Assembly (NCBI RefSeq): GCF_964194025.1
Contig: NC_134468.1
Span: forward strand, 49,414,001-49,478,000
DNA from: Convolutriloba macropyga
Lineage: Eukaryota
Reading direction: 5' to 3'
DNA length: 64,000 nucleotides
This document shows, piece after piece, positions 12,378 to 25,286 of the stretch (position 1 is its first letter; every line of letters starts with the position of its first letter). A program made the translations under genes and the position numbers. The notes under the pieces are model-generated. The model was not told the DNA's origin and ran no database searches. It was given only the letters and a program-made list of their open reading frames with translations.

Positions 12378-15300
12378 ATGCTGCGCATTTTTCATTCTCG
12401 CGGGAGTTTTCTTATTTTTGACAAAGAAACCTACAAAACATTGAGAAGTGACCATCGCATAGTTGCACGTCTTGTTGGAGTTGGCAACGAGAACCAGTCG
12501 CAATTACTCGTTTGTGAAGGTAGTTTGCCGGGAGTGCTGTCCAATGAGCAGGCTAGATACTTGAGTGAGAGACTAATTGCTGAAGTATGCGAGTTGGAAT
12601 CGGAGAAGTTGGACGAGAGACTTGGATCAAAGCATGATGATGGGAGCGTAAAGAGCACAACTCTCAAGAATATTGATAGCCAGCATCAGATAGACGTAGG
12701 TACGAATGTTTTTTGTTGACTTAATTTTTGAATGCTTTTGTGACAACAAAGTTAGTTGCTGTTATCCATGGATAGCGATAGTCTCTACTAACATAGAGGG
12801 GAGAGGAGAAACAAAACTCCATTCAAATAGATGGAGAAACTGTTTAAGATTGAGAACTTTTAAAATCTGGGCTGAGGGAGCTTGCCATTTCAATTGAAAA
12901 GTGGTATGTTTATTGGACCGCTTGGTATATATATGTGAGATTCTAATTCATGTTTAGAATGATGATATTGGCACAAGGAAACGGTTGGAAGGGAAGCGAA
13001 AATTATGGACATCTAATTTGACCATCGAAGAATTGGCCGAACGTCTCATGTTAGAACATTCGAGGAAGCGACAGAAGATGCTGACTTCAAACAAGGTTTC
13101 AGAATTTACGAAGTCAAGGCAAGAATACTTGATGCATCTCGGAATGGACCATTTCACATCCATTGCACGAAACATGCTGGAGAAGGAAAAACAGCGAGCT
13201 AATATTCCGAGAAAACCTTTTGAGTTCCTATTTTGCGTCCAAATGTGCTAACCGATTTTTTAAAAGTAAGTTGTTTCAGATTATTCTACATTTTGTTCGA
13301 TGCGAATTTTTTAGAAAACTGATAGGTATATTTTATGGAAAAATCCATGCTGCTCTTAGCAAATTTAGGAAATCTAATTTAAACGTCTTACCATACGCAT
13401 ATTGAAAAACGAGGAAAGAGCCCTGTAGAGTAATGATAATGGCATCCTTGCAGTCGCATGCGAAAGTCGTAATGACTATTACATCTTTTTTGGCTCTAAA
13501 TGTCAATTTTGATGCAGAAAGGACGCATTTGTTTGTTCATAAGGGCTGATAATCGTAATTGGTTTTAATGAAGCTTAGATTGATATAATTTGAGATAGGC
13601 TCGCAACTTGAATTATTTAACGTTTTTAACAGTAGTCGTAGTTCATGATTCGCCGTGGACTCACTCTACGGTCGAGGATTTTATTATTTCAAATGAAACC
13701 CAGGAATTTTAACAGAAGTTTAATGTGGTTTGCAACTGTTCAGATCAGATCAGATCAGGCTTCAGATTGACCATCAAATATTATGACTGATAACGAATGA
13801 AGAATGGTTTTCCTCCATTTGCCTTTAAAGATATGAAAACTTTGGTTGTCGCTACGACTAGATTATTTTACTCAGAGATCCATGTGACGGATATGGCTGT
13901 ACATGGTAATTTACTTCAGAGTTGATCTATTAATACAAATGTATTTCCGAAGTGGGGTTTAATTTTCATTTGTGTAAGACTGCTTTCAAAACGAAAACCA
14001 AAAACGACCAGTAAAATTGAAATTGATATGTCATGATTGTGATTATGTTGCGTATTTTTATGGAGAATGGATGCGCTAATTTGTAATAATCTTCAGCTCA
14101 AATATAAACTTGTTGAAGTTCCCTTAAAGTTGATGAAGAATATTTTTGCCACAATGTACAGTATGTTTATTTAAGGCAGGGTTAAGAACATATTTGATGT
14201 TTTTACAGCAGTTCGTACAATAACTATTTCACAATCCTGCGAAACAATTTTCACTGCGTGTTTATATAAGACTGACTGAAGTCTGGTTTCTGAACTGGTT
14301 GCTATTGATGACTGCTACTAAAAAGATCGTTTGAGCTCTCCTCTCATTGCGTTATACAGCATAAAAAATGTCAAAGCTTTGAATAAAGTACCGGTATCTG
14401 AAAATGGTTTGAAACCTTTTGCAGGAAAGTTGGTGTCCTCCACACAATCGAGCGTATCTGGCGCCTTAATTTTTTTTTGGAGCGAGCCAGTTCAGTGTTG
14501 CGGAATAGTAGCTGCAGTTTAGTGTTGACCATGTCCTTCGGTGGTGGCCTCGTCAAATTGGACATTATTTTTGGCAGTATGTGTGTCACGTTATTAGCGG
14601 CTGTTAATGCCCATTTTATATTCTTGATAATCTACCGCCATTTTGTTGATATTTATATTCTATTATAATTTTGAGCTTGAAGGAGCGATTGGCAAAAACT
14701 GATTTGTTGCAGATGTTCAATTGATTAAAACGTTTTGTTTTTACGAACCAAGGTGAGCTTTCGAACCGAAAGGTAATTTGATCTTTTGTCGTCAGTGAAA
14801 CAGGATGATAAAGTCAATGACGCACGTTAAAGTGAAGTGTTCAGGTAAAGCTGCTGAACAGAAGTCGAAGGCAGAGAAAGGAGTGAGAAAAGCAGAATGG
14901 TTTTTGTTCATGCATTTTTTGAGAGACGAAGCAAAAAAATAGTTGTGAAAAAAATTGTCAAGCGGGCAGAATGTTTTCGATCGGGTGGTTTCTCGATTCA
15001 AGGCAGTTTTTTTAGTTTAAACTCTGAATTCTTCGGTGAAAATGGCGTATTTCAAGTATGTTAACAACTAAACAAGCGTTTGGGAGCGTTTTGACAGTTA
15101 GTATGCTTATTAATAGCCGACTCAGATCTCAGCCGGCAATTCAAAGAATTTGAATTGTATTGAGGCGCTGTCTTTTTTTTAATTGCTCTGGAATGAAATG
15201 CATAGCAATTATTGTAAACGTGTGTGTCTTTTTGATGCAAATTTTTCGCTTGACAATTTTGCGCTTTTCTTCTAGAACATTCTTTGACTTCTCAAGTGAC

Positions 15301-18300
15301 TTTTTCACGCTTTCGTTCTTCATTTTTGAGTAATCTCTATTGCTCTCACTCCGAAGTAAAGCTTGTTGCTCATATAAATTGGTTGCAGCACATCAAGAAG
15401 TAGGTTCTGTAGGTGTTTTGCACCCATGAAGAAAAATTGATCTAGGCTACAGCCCCTCAATTAAATTGCCTCGCCTGTCGTTCAAGAGCAATTCTTCCGA
15501 CATTGTCGGTTTATGTTTAAGATCTGTTCACACATTTTCATGATTTTTGAAGTCAAATTGAGTAGTGATTCTGGTCACGCCGAAACAGCAAGCGGAGCAA
15601 AAAAGCGAGTGGTTTTGCAGCGTGAAATTTTTTTCGCTCTAATTTTAAAGTAGAGTGAGAAAACGGTTTTTCAACGGAAATTCGCTTTCTCGCAAGTGGT
15701 TTTTTCACATGCGGCAATTTCACTTTGAGTTTTACTGTTTTTTCGATTTTTTGGATCGGATTTTTTTTCTAAACAGTTTTCCCAATCCATTCTTAGTTCA
15801 TTCTAGGCCTAGTTTTTTGAACCAAATTTCTGTTACTCGCTAGTTTTTTTGTTCACATGCGTTATTTTGACCTTGATTTTTTATTTTTTTAAAAAATTTT
15901 TTGATTTTTTAGAAATCTTTTTCCCAATTCACTCATAGTCCGTTCAAGGTCTGGTTATTATTGTTTAGTCAATGAAAATTCTTTGAGTTGTACGGTTTTT
16001 TTTTACTTCGTCGAATAACATGTTTTCGCTTTACCTTAGTTCACAGCTTGTTCAACATTTTGCGTGAAATCTTTTTTGACTTCTCTAGTCTAGTTTCACT
16101 CTTCTCTCATTCTGCTAAAAGTATTCTTAGACAGCAGCGGGACAAACCGATAGAGCCCAGTTTTAGATGCCCGTTACTCGAAATTGGTTCTTATAAGTCT
16201 TAGTTACCATCTCTAATGCTTATTGGTATTGATACTAGCGCGTTGTACGGTTTTTTTACATCGTCGAATAACATGTTTTCGCTTTACCTTAGTTCACAGC
16301 TTGTTCAACATTTTGCGTGAAATCTTTTTTGACTTCTCTAGTCTAGTTTCACTCTTCTCTCATTCTGCTAAAAGTATTCTTAGACAGCAGCGGGATAAAC
16401 CGATAGAGCCAAGTTTTAGATGCCCGTTACTCGAAATTGGTTCTTGTAAGTCTTAGTTACCATCTCTAATGCTTATTGGTATTGATACTAGCGCCTATAG
16501 CGTCTGACTATGAAACAAGAGTACATTCAACTACAAAATGACATCCAAATAGTTCGCACTTTAAAATTGTTTTTCTACAAAAATTTTTTTTCTCTATTTT
16601 TTCCTCTTCTTTCAATCCCAATCGTTATGGAAATCAACGGCAGCTATTTTCCCGCAATCTGCCGGGTATGTTTAGCTATTTAGATGCGATTTAGTTTTCT
16701 TCTTTGTCCTTTTTGATGCCGTTTTATGAAATGCTGTTTATTTAAATAATTGGAAACATTTTAGATTATTGATTTTCTGCGTTGATTTCGTTTTTTCGTG
16801 GCTTGCTGTAGTTTCTGTTAAATAGAGAATTGCGGATTTGAACAGAGACTTTGTCAAAAAAAGCTTGATCGTCACTCATGTTGTGTCCGTAACATGTTTG
16901 TAGGTTTTGAAAAATTTTATTTCGTTTTGTTTTTATTAGTTATTATATTATTATTATCATTATTTATTTTTTATTATTGTTATTTTTTATTACAGATCAT
17001 TTATTATTTTATTTTTGTTTCTCATGTTTGACTCAATTTCTGCAGTTGTTGCGGTTTTAATTGTTTTATTTTATGATCTGTTGTTTATTTAAAAAAAAAA
17101 CATTTTTAAAATCTTGGAGAAGTAAGAAAACAATTTCGTGAAATGAAAATCAAAACAGTCAGAATTATTCCAAAAAAGTTAAGATAGAAATTTTTTCTTA
17201 TCTTTTTTCTATTCTTTATGTCAGTTTAGATCGTTCCAAGTAATCTCCTCTAGAATATTGAAATACATGCAAATGTAAGAGATGGAGTGTTTATGCATCA
17301 TCAGGTTGAAAAATTTAATACAATTGTTCCTAATTGTTTTGAAATCAAACAATTATTTTTCACTTCTCAGTGTTCTGAGATTTTCTCTTCAAACAGATCT
17401 TTTTCAGTCTTTGAGCGTATCTGTAAATTGAAATATCAGATTGTCTTTTGATTGTGAAACCCTCATATGAAGAACGAAATTTTTTCTTTTCATTGCACCT
17501 CACTTAAAAAAATTAAAGATTACTATTTCTCTATAAGATATTGAAAAATAACCTTTAAGATATTGAAAGCGCCAATCCATGAAATCAATGAATTTTTTTG
17601 AACATTTTTTAAATTTTTGCTACAAATTGTGGGTTTCGATTTTTCCATTACCAAAATTGTTTGTTTTCAAATCTCGTTGATATCCCGTCTGCGAGATTTT
17701 TAGATTTCAAGGAGTTCATTTCAGTTTGTTGTGTCAATATAACGATTACCAATACAATTGCCTATCGAATTCCACAACTAGTTTTCAAAAAAACAGGAGT
17801 TAGACGGACGGTGGTGAGGAGCCTTGCAGAAAAATCAGATGCGACAAAGAGAATTTTAATATTGCTTTTCATGTTTGTGTCTTTTTATGCATGTGTGCGT
17901 GTGCTTGTGTACATGTTTATATCTGGATGTGTGATGCCTGGTGTTTGTTTGAGAGAGAGAGAGAAAATGAAAGGTGATCTGAGAGAGTTGGTTCCTTTAA
18001 ATGAGATACAAGTAGAGGCTGAAAGCAAAAACTTTCAGAAGATATGATAAATTACAAAAATTTAATAACTGCTACAAATCGCAGCTTCAATTATGTCCAA
18101 AACCAAAACTTTTTACTGTTTTTTAATTTCGTTGATAACACCGTCTGTTAGATTTTAAGAATGATAGTTGTCCCATTATGCTAATGAAACATCAGAACAT
18201 CGTGAAATTTTTGTCCAGTTGTGTGGCATTTATAATGTACATAATAGTCCAGTTATAATTGTCCCATTATGATCATTAAACATCGGAAATGAGGAAATTT

Positions 18301-21289
18301 TTCGGAAAACTTTTCAAATCAAATTTCAATTTCGAATTTTTTTTTCAGTTTTTAGTACCGGTTTCACTATTACCGATACAATTGCCTAATGATCTCCACA
18401 CCTAGTTTTCCAAAAATAACTTAGACTAACGGTGACAAACCTTGATGACTAAAGATCAGATGTGGAAATTCAAATTTTAAAATTGTTTTTTTTGGTGTCG
18501 GTTTTATTGAGTGTTGTTTGTGTTGCTGCTTGAAGTAAGTACAAAACTCAAATTGTTTGTTTTCAAATCTCAAAAATTTAAATTTATACCTATAGTTGCC
18601 TCAAAAAGTTCGCATATAGTTGTTTTTTTAAGAAACAAAAGACAAAAAGTCAGAAAACCTAAATGAACAGTGACGAACCTTGAGTATTGACCAATTGTCA
18701 AAAAGAAAATTTTCAAAGTTTTTTGTTTTTTTTTTGTGCAGTATGTGGTATGTGTTGGCTTAAATGGTTTGTCCGTGTCTCTGTGTTTCATTTTGTACTA
18801 CACTTATCTTTCTAGAATATAGTGAAGAGTTTCTGTTTTTGTCTGCCTAAAAAAGGCCGCGTATTTTTTGGTTCAAACAGTACAAGTAATTTTCTCCAAT
18901 GCATATAAGTTGTTTTCGGATAATCCCAACGGTTTCTCTGACAAAATTTAAAAGTTGTTTTTGCAACCTTGAGACGTATGTTGGAACATTCTGTGCTACT
19001 CCGTTTTGTTTCGTTTATGTTAGTCCGTTCGATAAAATTTCTTTTATTCTGTTGTAGTTATCGGTGTTCTTCAGCGAGTTAGAGTTCAGACGATGTGATT
19101 TTTCCTTTTTCGCAGACGTTCTCTTTAAGTGTTTGAGTCAATTGGTCTACGGTTTGTTTCCGGAAGTCTTCGGGCTATGTGTTTTTGTTATCTATCTGAA
19201 AACCAATGGAACTAGATCTTTCTAAAATTGTGAAACCAGCTCAAAGAAAGCTCCGCTCTCCGGTCAACTGGCAGCAGGACAATGACTGCACCAAGATGAC
19301 GGAACCAGCCAGCGTTTTTCTATATTGCGGCAAATTTTAATAAAAACGTTTGACGTGACGAAAAGGCCATTTTTATGAGAAACTGACTTATTGACTGTTT
19401 TGTGAATATCTGCTAGGTATATCCGAAAGATGCACTGGATCTATCAACTCATTGGGAGACATCTGAACGAAAATTGGCCCTCGGATCTGGCTTTTTGCAA
19501 TCAACGTGATAAAAAATGTCGCGTTGCTATAATAGAGCGAGCCTGACTGAGCGGTTTGTCAATTGAATACAAAAGCTGTTATGAACTATCTCCTTCGGAA
19601 TTTCTTAAAACTATTTCTTCGTACAATTCTCAAACACTAAAAAGGCGAAGAATTTAATTGAATACCAACATCGCTAATTTTTAAGTGTACACCTTGTACT
19701 TAGTGTCCTGTGCAGTTGTTAGAGCTGAGTCTTGGCGGTGAATTTGGTCTGATCTTAAGCTTCCGGTGGATTATCATTCCATTTGGCACGTGAGCGTCGC
19801 TGGCTGTAGTTGTTGTGTAACTTTTTCCGCTCAAAGATGAGATGGAAATTTGCTGAACAATAGCCTTAGTGTTGTCTCTTAAAGGATTATGGCGTGCCAT
19901 AGAATGGTAGCAATCACGACATGCATGCAGATCCTTGAAAGCTCGGCTTACCTAGACTCCTTTATTTGTTTTTACTAGTATTTCTCGGGTGCAGTAGGAC
20001 ACCCAATCGAATCGACATCTAAGAGAAATATTGTACAGATGGTATAGGATTGACAATCAGTGGTCCTGATTGCGGAAAGAAAGTGATATCAATCGATAGC
20101 TTTGCTCTGCTTTCATTAAATGATGTATTGACCTGTAGTTAATAGGGGGCAACTTCACATAGGTCGTCAATGGTTTTGATATATGTGGTGACTTCAGTCG
20201 TTTTCTGCTTAGTCAGTTCTTCTAGTGTAGGTGATTGGCAAATTAAAACCACCACAAATATGGCCATACCTTGCTGATCTCATCTCTTAAAAAAACACCA
20301 GTTTTGATGATCGGAGGACAACTGGTCACATAAAGTGTCTGACATTTAAGTTCCTTCAAAAATTGTTCATTGAGAGATAATCAAATTCCGAGGAATTTTT
20401 TTGCGACGGCAGGTGAAACGCATTGAGTGATTGATCTATAGATAACCATGACAATACAGCAAAATACCAATGAGGTACTGCGAATTGTCCAAGTATGCTA
20501 AATTGTCAATAAGATACTCCAGCCTAAGTTTTAAGTACCAAATTGAAGTTCACAATTGGGAATTCTTTAAATAAAATGTCATCAAATTGTTAAAATCATG
20601 CTGTAGGATTTTATTGGTACTCAAAATCTTTTTGGGCGAATATGGTTGTTTCTTCTCACGCGACGTTTTAAGGTTGGGCTTTTATCTGATTAGGTCTTCG
20701 GGTTATGAAAGAACTGTGTCGGTATCGCACCTTCTGTGAACTTCATGATAGAGGCTTCTTCCTGACGTCTGCGTGTAAGTTTGGCGCTGACTTTTTGGTG
20801 TACGAAGGTGATCCGATGTTGCACCATGCAACTTATACAGCAGTGTGTCTCGAAAATTCAAATGTCAACGTCAATGCTGTTTTGTCTCAGGTACTTTTTT
20901 TGCGAACAATGACAACAAAGGTATAAATTTCCTTGAAATCTTTCATGGTTCGTCATTGTATCTAGTAGCAAAGTTATATCTAATAGCGAAGTTCGACTCA
21001 TTGATTCATCAATTTTCGCCATTTTTTTAGGAATCCTTATAAGTCAAACGATATGTTTGTTGATTTTTTTAATTGATAATTTAGATATCCAAACTTCTTA
21101 TTAAGCTTTTGTTAATAGTTTACTGTTCCCTTATAAATTTAATGTTGTTGTTGATCTTAGATCCGTGTCTCACATTCCGTTGGAAAGAAGCTCCTCCTTT
21201 GCGAGCTAGAGTCAGCCGACAACGACGGAGACAAAAGTTCAAAAATGAAGTATATATTGTTAAATTATGAGAGGGAAGCTCCGAGCTGA
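12378..21289 (+). CDS. TSEN34: tRNA-splicing endonuclease subunit Sen34; exons 12378-12695, 12958-13265 (frame break), 20694-20890, 21161-21289
   Basis: The N-terminus (LIFDKETYKTLRSDHRIVARLVG..LPGVLSNEQARYL) matches the Sen34 N-domain. Exon 3 RYRTFCELHDRGFFLTSACKFGADFLVYEGDPMLHHA carries the catalytic Tyr and His; exon 4 IRVSHSVGKKLLLC carries the catalytic Lys. GT-AG junctions: 12696/12957 (phase 0), 13266/20693 (phase 1 only after a +1 shift in exon 2), 20891/21160 (phase 0). Confidence 0.88.
15173..15515 (+). mobile_element. Helentron/DINE-1-like element
   Basis: T8-AATTGCTCTGGAA (15181), partial IR AGCAATT (15204), 3' TTCAAGAGCAATT (15481-15493), hairpin CCGAC-ATT-GTCGG (15497-15509), then T-rich. 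Confidence 0.7.
15600..16665 (+). repeat. Dispersed repeat family C; second copy at ~51160-51800
   Basis: Shared collinear blocks AAAAGCGAGTGGTT, AGTTCACAGCTTGTTCAACATTT, AAGTCTTAGT and AAATAGTTCGCACTTTA in both places. Confidence 0.7.
15987..16494 (+). repeat. Tandem duplication, ~255-bp unit x2
   Basis: Copies start GTTGTACGGTTTT at 15987 and 16242 and are almost identical; this explains the twin ORFs in the track. Confidence 0.95.
17210..19000. repeat. Dispersed repeat family B copy inside TSEN34 intron 2
   Basis: Collinear with 8570-10370. Confidence 0.7.
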
Positions 21290-21610
21290 AGTGATGGTGT
21301 TTACTGCTCATGAGATGCACTGATGGGCTGCTGTTATTGGACAGGAGAACGGCTCACGTTGATCAGTACTCCGAATTATGATTCGACGCATTCTGAGTTT
21401 TGAGCCTTGTTTGCTAACTCTTATATACTCTGGAGGACTGAATTTGGCCAATTTGGCTCTCTAACTGTAAGTTTATTTAATTAAAAATGACTGAATTAAT
21501 TATTGAAGAATTGTTTTTATAGCTCCAAAGCTGTAAGCTGAGTGGAGCTATATTGCGGTGCTCTCAAGAATTTGGATTGTATTGGTGCTGTGTCTTTTTA
21601 CGACTATAAG

Positions 21611-21774
21611 AGGAGTATTGGTGGAACGTCTTTTTTATCGATAATTTTCTGAGTGTATTTGAAACAGGATACAAAAGTCAATGCCGCACGTAAAGCTAAG
21701 TGTGTAGGTCAAAGGTTGAACGAATTGAAGAGCAGAGAGATGAGAGACTGCTTTTCTGCTCATGCCGCGGTTTT

Positions 21775-21800
<26 letters not shown>
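21611..21800 (+). repeat. Dispersed repeat family F (starts GGAGTATTGGTGGA); copies at ~55065, ~57365 and a partial copy at ~14795
   Basis: Shared ~170-bp sequence GGAGTATTGGTGGARCG..ATAATTTT..GAGTGTA..GAAGAGCAGA. This copy ends in a (GA)n tract at ~21775-21800. Confidence 0.7.
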
Positions 21801-21806
<6 letters not shown>

Positions 21807-21877
21807 GAAAAGTAGGTATGAAAAATTTTTCGCTGATCGATCAAACTTTTTTGATCACTTGCAGACTTTTCAATGCA

Positions 21878-22234
21878 TTTTTTAATTGCTCTCAAACAAA
21901 GTTTGTAGCAATTATATTAGCCCTGTGGTCTTTTTATGTGGTGTTTCGCTTTTCGTCTGTCTCATATGTTTTCGTCCTCAAAAACGGGATAAACAGTTAA
22001 AGCGCAGAGGGCTTTAAGCTCTTAGAGCTTTTCAGCTCTATATTCTCCAAGTATGCGATTCACTAAAACTGTTTTTGAGATGTTTTACCCACCCGGTGCT
22101 CGCCACCCCCGCTGCGCCTACCTGACGCCCCTTGAATTAAGTTAATGCTAGCCTCACTAAACCGTAGCTAGCTACTGAAGAAGCCAACCGGTCGTTTGAG
22201 GGCAATTCTCGCGACGTTGGTCGACTATGTTTTT
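21878..22234 (+). mobile_element. Helentron/DINE-1-like element
   Basis: AATTGCTCTCAAAC (21884-21897) versus GTTTGAGGGCAATT (22194-22207) is a 13/14 inverted match. Partial IR AGCAATT (21907); hairpin CGAC-GTTG-GTCG (22212-22223). Partial relatives lie at ~44530-44680, ~49346-49500, ~50268 and ~51806-52066. Confidence 0.7.
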
Positions 22235-24692
22235 GTTTCAATCAGTAATAGTTCGTTGGAAAGTATTATTGAACATTTGATGCTAATATTGCACTTAAGA
22301 TTCTATTTTATGCTTTTTAAACCACTTTGCCTGGTTTTAAGCTTTTATAAAAATTTTTGTATTCGCCTTAATTTTTAATAGCATTCGAGTTGTGTTAATG
22401 AAATTATTTGTGTTCTCAGTTTTTCTGGTCTTTCAATTTCGCCGAGTTTTTAGTTTTTATTAAAGGTAAATTTTTAAAGTTTGAGTCGATTTTTGTCTGT
22501 TAAGTGTTTCGCCTATTTGGTCTGATTTTACGCTTATCGCTGTAGTTTTTCTTAATAATTATTCAGTTGACAGTTATTATATAGGTGTTGCTATTTAGAG
22601 GTGCACTTAGAGGTTAAGGTTAGAAATGGCACTTTTATTCAATTTTTCGCTGCCGTTTATTGAATGAGCGACTGATCTAGCAGAATAAATTATAAATATT
22701 TTTCTCCAAATAATATGTGAGAAGAAACTTGAAAGCTAAAGGGACATTTTTCACTTGAATAGGTCTAAATTTCTTAAATTTTTCAGGTTTTTTTCGTTGC
22801 ATTTAATTGTTCACTTTTTCTCCGCCAAATTTGAAATGGAGAATTGATATACCAGAAAATCAAATTGATTTTTTTAAGATGAACTTGAATTTTTTTCAAT
22901 AATGGTTGCTAAGTTGCATTTTATCATTTTGTAGATAATTTTGATCGAAAGTTTTTTGGAAATTATTTTTTAGTTTAGTTTTGTCCATCGTCATCCGCGT
23001 TCCCTTTCCTCGGGTTTTTCTTTATAAACCCACTTTTTAAAGATGACTAATAACTGGTAATGATATGCTCCACACTACCTGTATTACAGTATCTTGTGCC
23101 AGTAGTTTGGTGTGGCAACCAAAAGTAATTTTTATCAGAAGCTTTGTCAGTTTTTGTCAATAAGTTTCCTCTTGTTATTTTTCCGGCTGTTGTTTCAAAA
23201 TTTTTAATATATTTGTAGAATATGCATTGCGTCATTGGGGTCGTTTCTCTACTTCGAGTCGTCTCCGGAATTCTTCCGTCTGCTTTTTTAAGATATGTAT
23301 GTAAAACTCGGCCATCGTTACGTTGTTTCCGAGCACCTCAGCTGGTTTTAATTGCTTTTTAGGTGATTAATGTGTTGAAGCTGCTCTAAGGCCTAAGTTC
23401 AAGGTGAAATGGTCACTTTTTGCTGTTTTTTATGCAATTTTTCCTTGCATCTTTTTGATCCTGAATGAAGCAATTTTTCCTTGTCATTTTTCATTTTGTT
23501 AATTTGTTTATTTTAAAGGATGGTTTGTTATAGAAGAGTTATTAGTAGAGATTTGTTATATGGCTCTTATGCTATGCTAAATGTTTTCATACAGTTTTTT
23601 ATTTTATTGTTGCCAATTTTAACACCGAATTCAAAGCATTTTCAAGTTTTTCGGAAATTTTTGTTTTTTTTAGTTGTTTTCGATCTTAGAAGGCAAACAA
23701 ATTTTTTTGGGTCTTGAAAGTTGGTTAAAGTATTGATTTTGACGACCTGTCATCATCGATTTTTGCAACTTATTGAATTTTTGCTATTTTGTGGTATTTT
23801 TTTTGAAATTTATTAAATTTTTGGGTTCATTTATTTTAGTGGCCAATGAAACGGTAGTCAATTTTAAATTTCGGTTAATGGATGCCTTTTGATTACCCAG
23901 ATATTTTTTAAGATATAAAGCTGAACAGATTTCGGAAACTTCTTTATTTTTTTTTGCTATTTTTAGGTTTTTAATTTGTTTTTTTAGTAAGTTTCATTTT
24001 TTAACTTTGGTCTTTAGATTTCGTTTAGTTTAATAGAGAAACGAAAATTTTTAAACCCCAAGATTAGGTTAATAAATAGATGTTTCCGTTACAGAAGCTA
24101 TTTTAAAAGTTTCTTGTTGGATTTTAAGCACCTTTTTATATTTTCGATTATTTTTCTGTTTGGATCAGTTTCTGCCCGGTTTGGCTCGTATACAACCGGA
24201 ATTTTTGTTGTAGCCTGTAGGTTTGCTACAACAATTAAATTTTTTAAGTATCAGTTAAATTTTTTAAGTTTTTCAGTGTTGTTTTTAACAGCGTTTTGTC
24301 AACGTGTTTTTAGTTAAAACTACAAATTAATGAGTATTGTATCTTGCTGATGCATTATTGAATCTTTTTCAGCAACACGAAAATGTTTCTGATGACAACG
24401 ATTTTGGTAATATAAGGATATTAATTCTGTGGTTTTATATTATGCATTTTTGTATACCTTTCAAGTATTTCTTTACCTTTTGCGTATTTGTATTTATTTG
24501 CACATTATAAGTTTTTATAATTAAAACAAATATTATTTCATGATTTTCTGTTTTTGTTTCCAGTGTTCGATTTTGGTACATATTTAAATTTTGACTGAAT
24601 TTTGTACAGACCTTAAGGATTCTGTAAATTTCAAACACTCCTATAGTAGTGCCTAAGTTAGTGAAGAAACTTAGTTTAGAAGCATGCTTTTC

Positions 24693-25286
24693 TCATGTGC
24701 AAAAGTCACATGTGCAAAAATTTCTGCCGTTTTCTTCGCAAATTTGGTCATTGAAAATTGTAATGAGAAAGTATTCCCAATAAAACTCGTGCATGTGTTC
24801 TAAGGTTTCGAAATCTCCGGTGGCTGGCTCAATCAGGTGTTCAAATGCGCAAAGATCGGATGTTTTCTGTACCAACAGTTTTATTCGCCTATTTATACGG
24901 CATTATCACGAAATTTTACAGAAAAAAAAACCTTTTTCCAAGATATGCTTGGTTGGGGAAATCATGGTTGAAATCATTTCTAAGTTCAGTCGATTCTCAG
25001 AAAGTTTTCTTGCGATCAGCCTTGTGCCCACAAATTACCATGGTGCCCACGCAATTGAGTATTTGCCTTTTATTTGTTCCCAGAAACCCTCACAATCGCG
25101 TCTTCAAAATTTCGTCATCATCAACCCACACAATCGGATTGAACGGAAGAAATGAGCATTGTCCCCACTCATTAGGTGACAAGCAAATTCGCGCACAGCA
25201 ATAACTGGGCAACTAAAATTGGGAGAGCCAAGACTGTAAATTAACCATTGTGGGGCTGAGGGCGTTGTCGCAGGAATGAATCTCAT
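24693..25286 (-). pseudogene. Degenerate ~197-codon ORF immediately downstream of the CRE-like RT-RLE ORF, ending in a Cys cluster (CEENGRNFCTCDFCT)
   Basis: Track ORFs 25104-25286 and 24693-24875 are in the same frame. There are four internal stops (25104, 25035, 24906, 24903). The ATG overlaps the upstream TGA (ATGA). Confidence 0.4.

Noticed and set aside
15988-16456. Twin ORFs of 71 and 77 aa as a duplicated gene
   Set aside because: They arise from a 255-bp tandem duplication inside a dispersed repeat, start at TTG and have no protein motifs.
23050-23260. Possible LINE RT fragment on the minus strand (FGCHTKLLAQDTVIQVV)
   Set aside because: Too degraded to support as a feature by eye.
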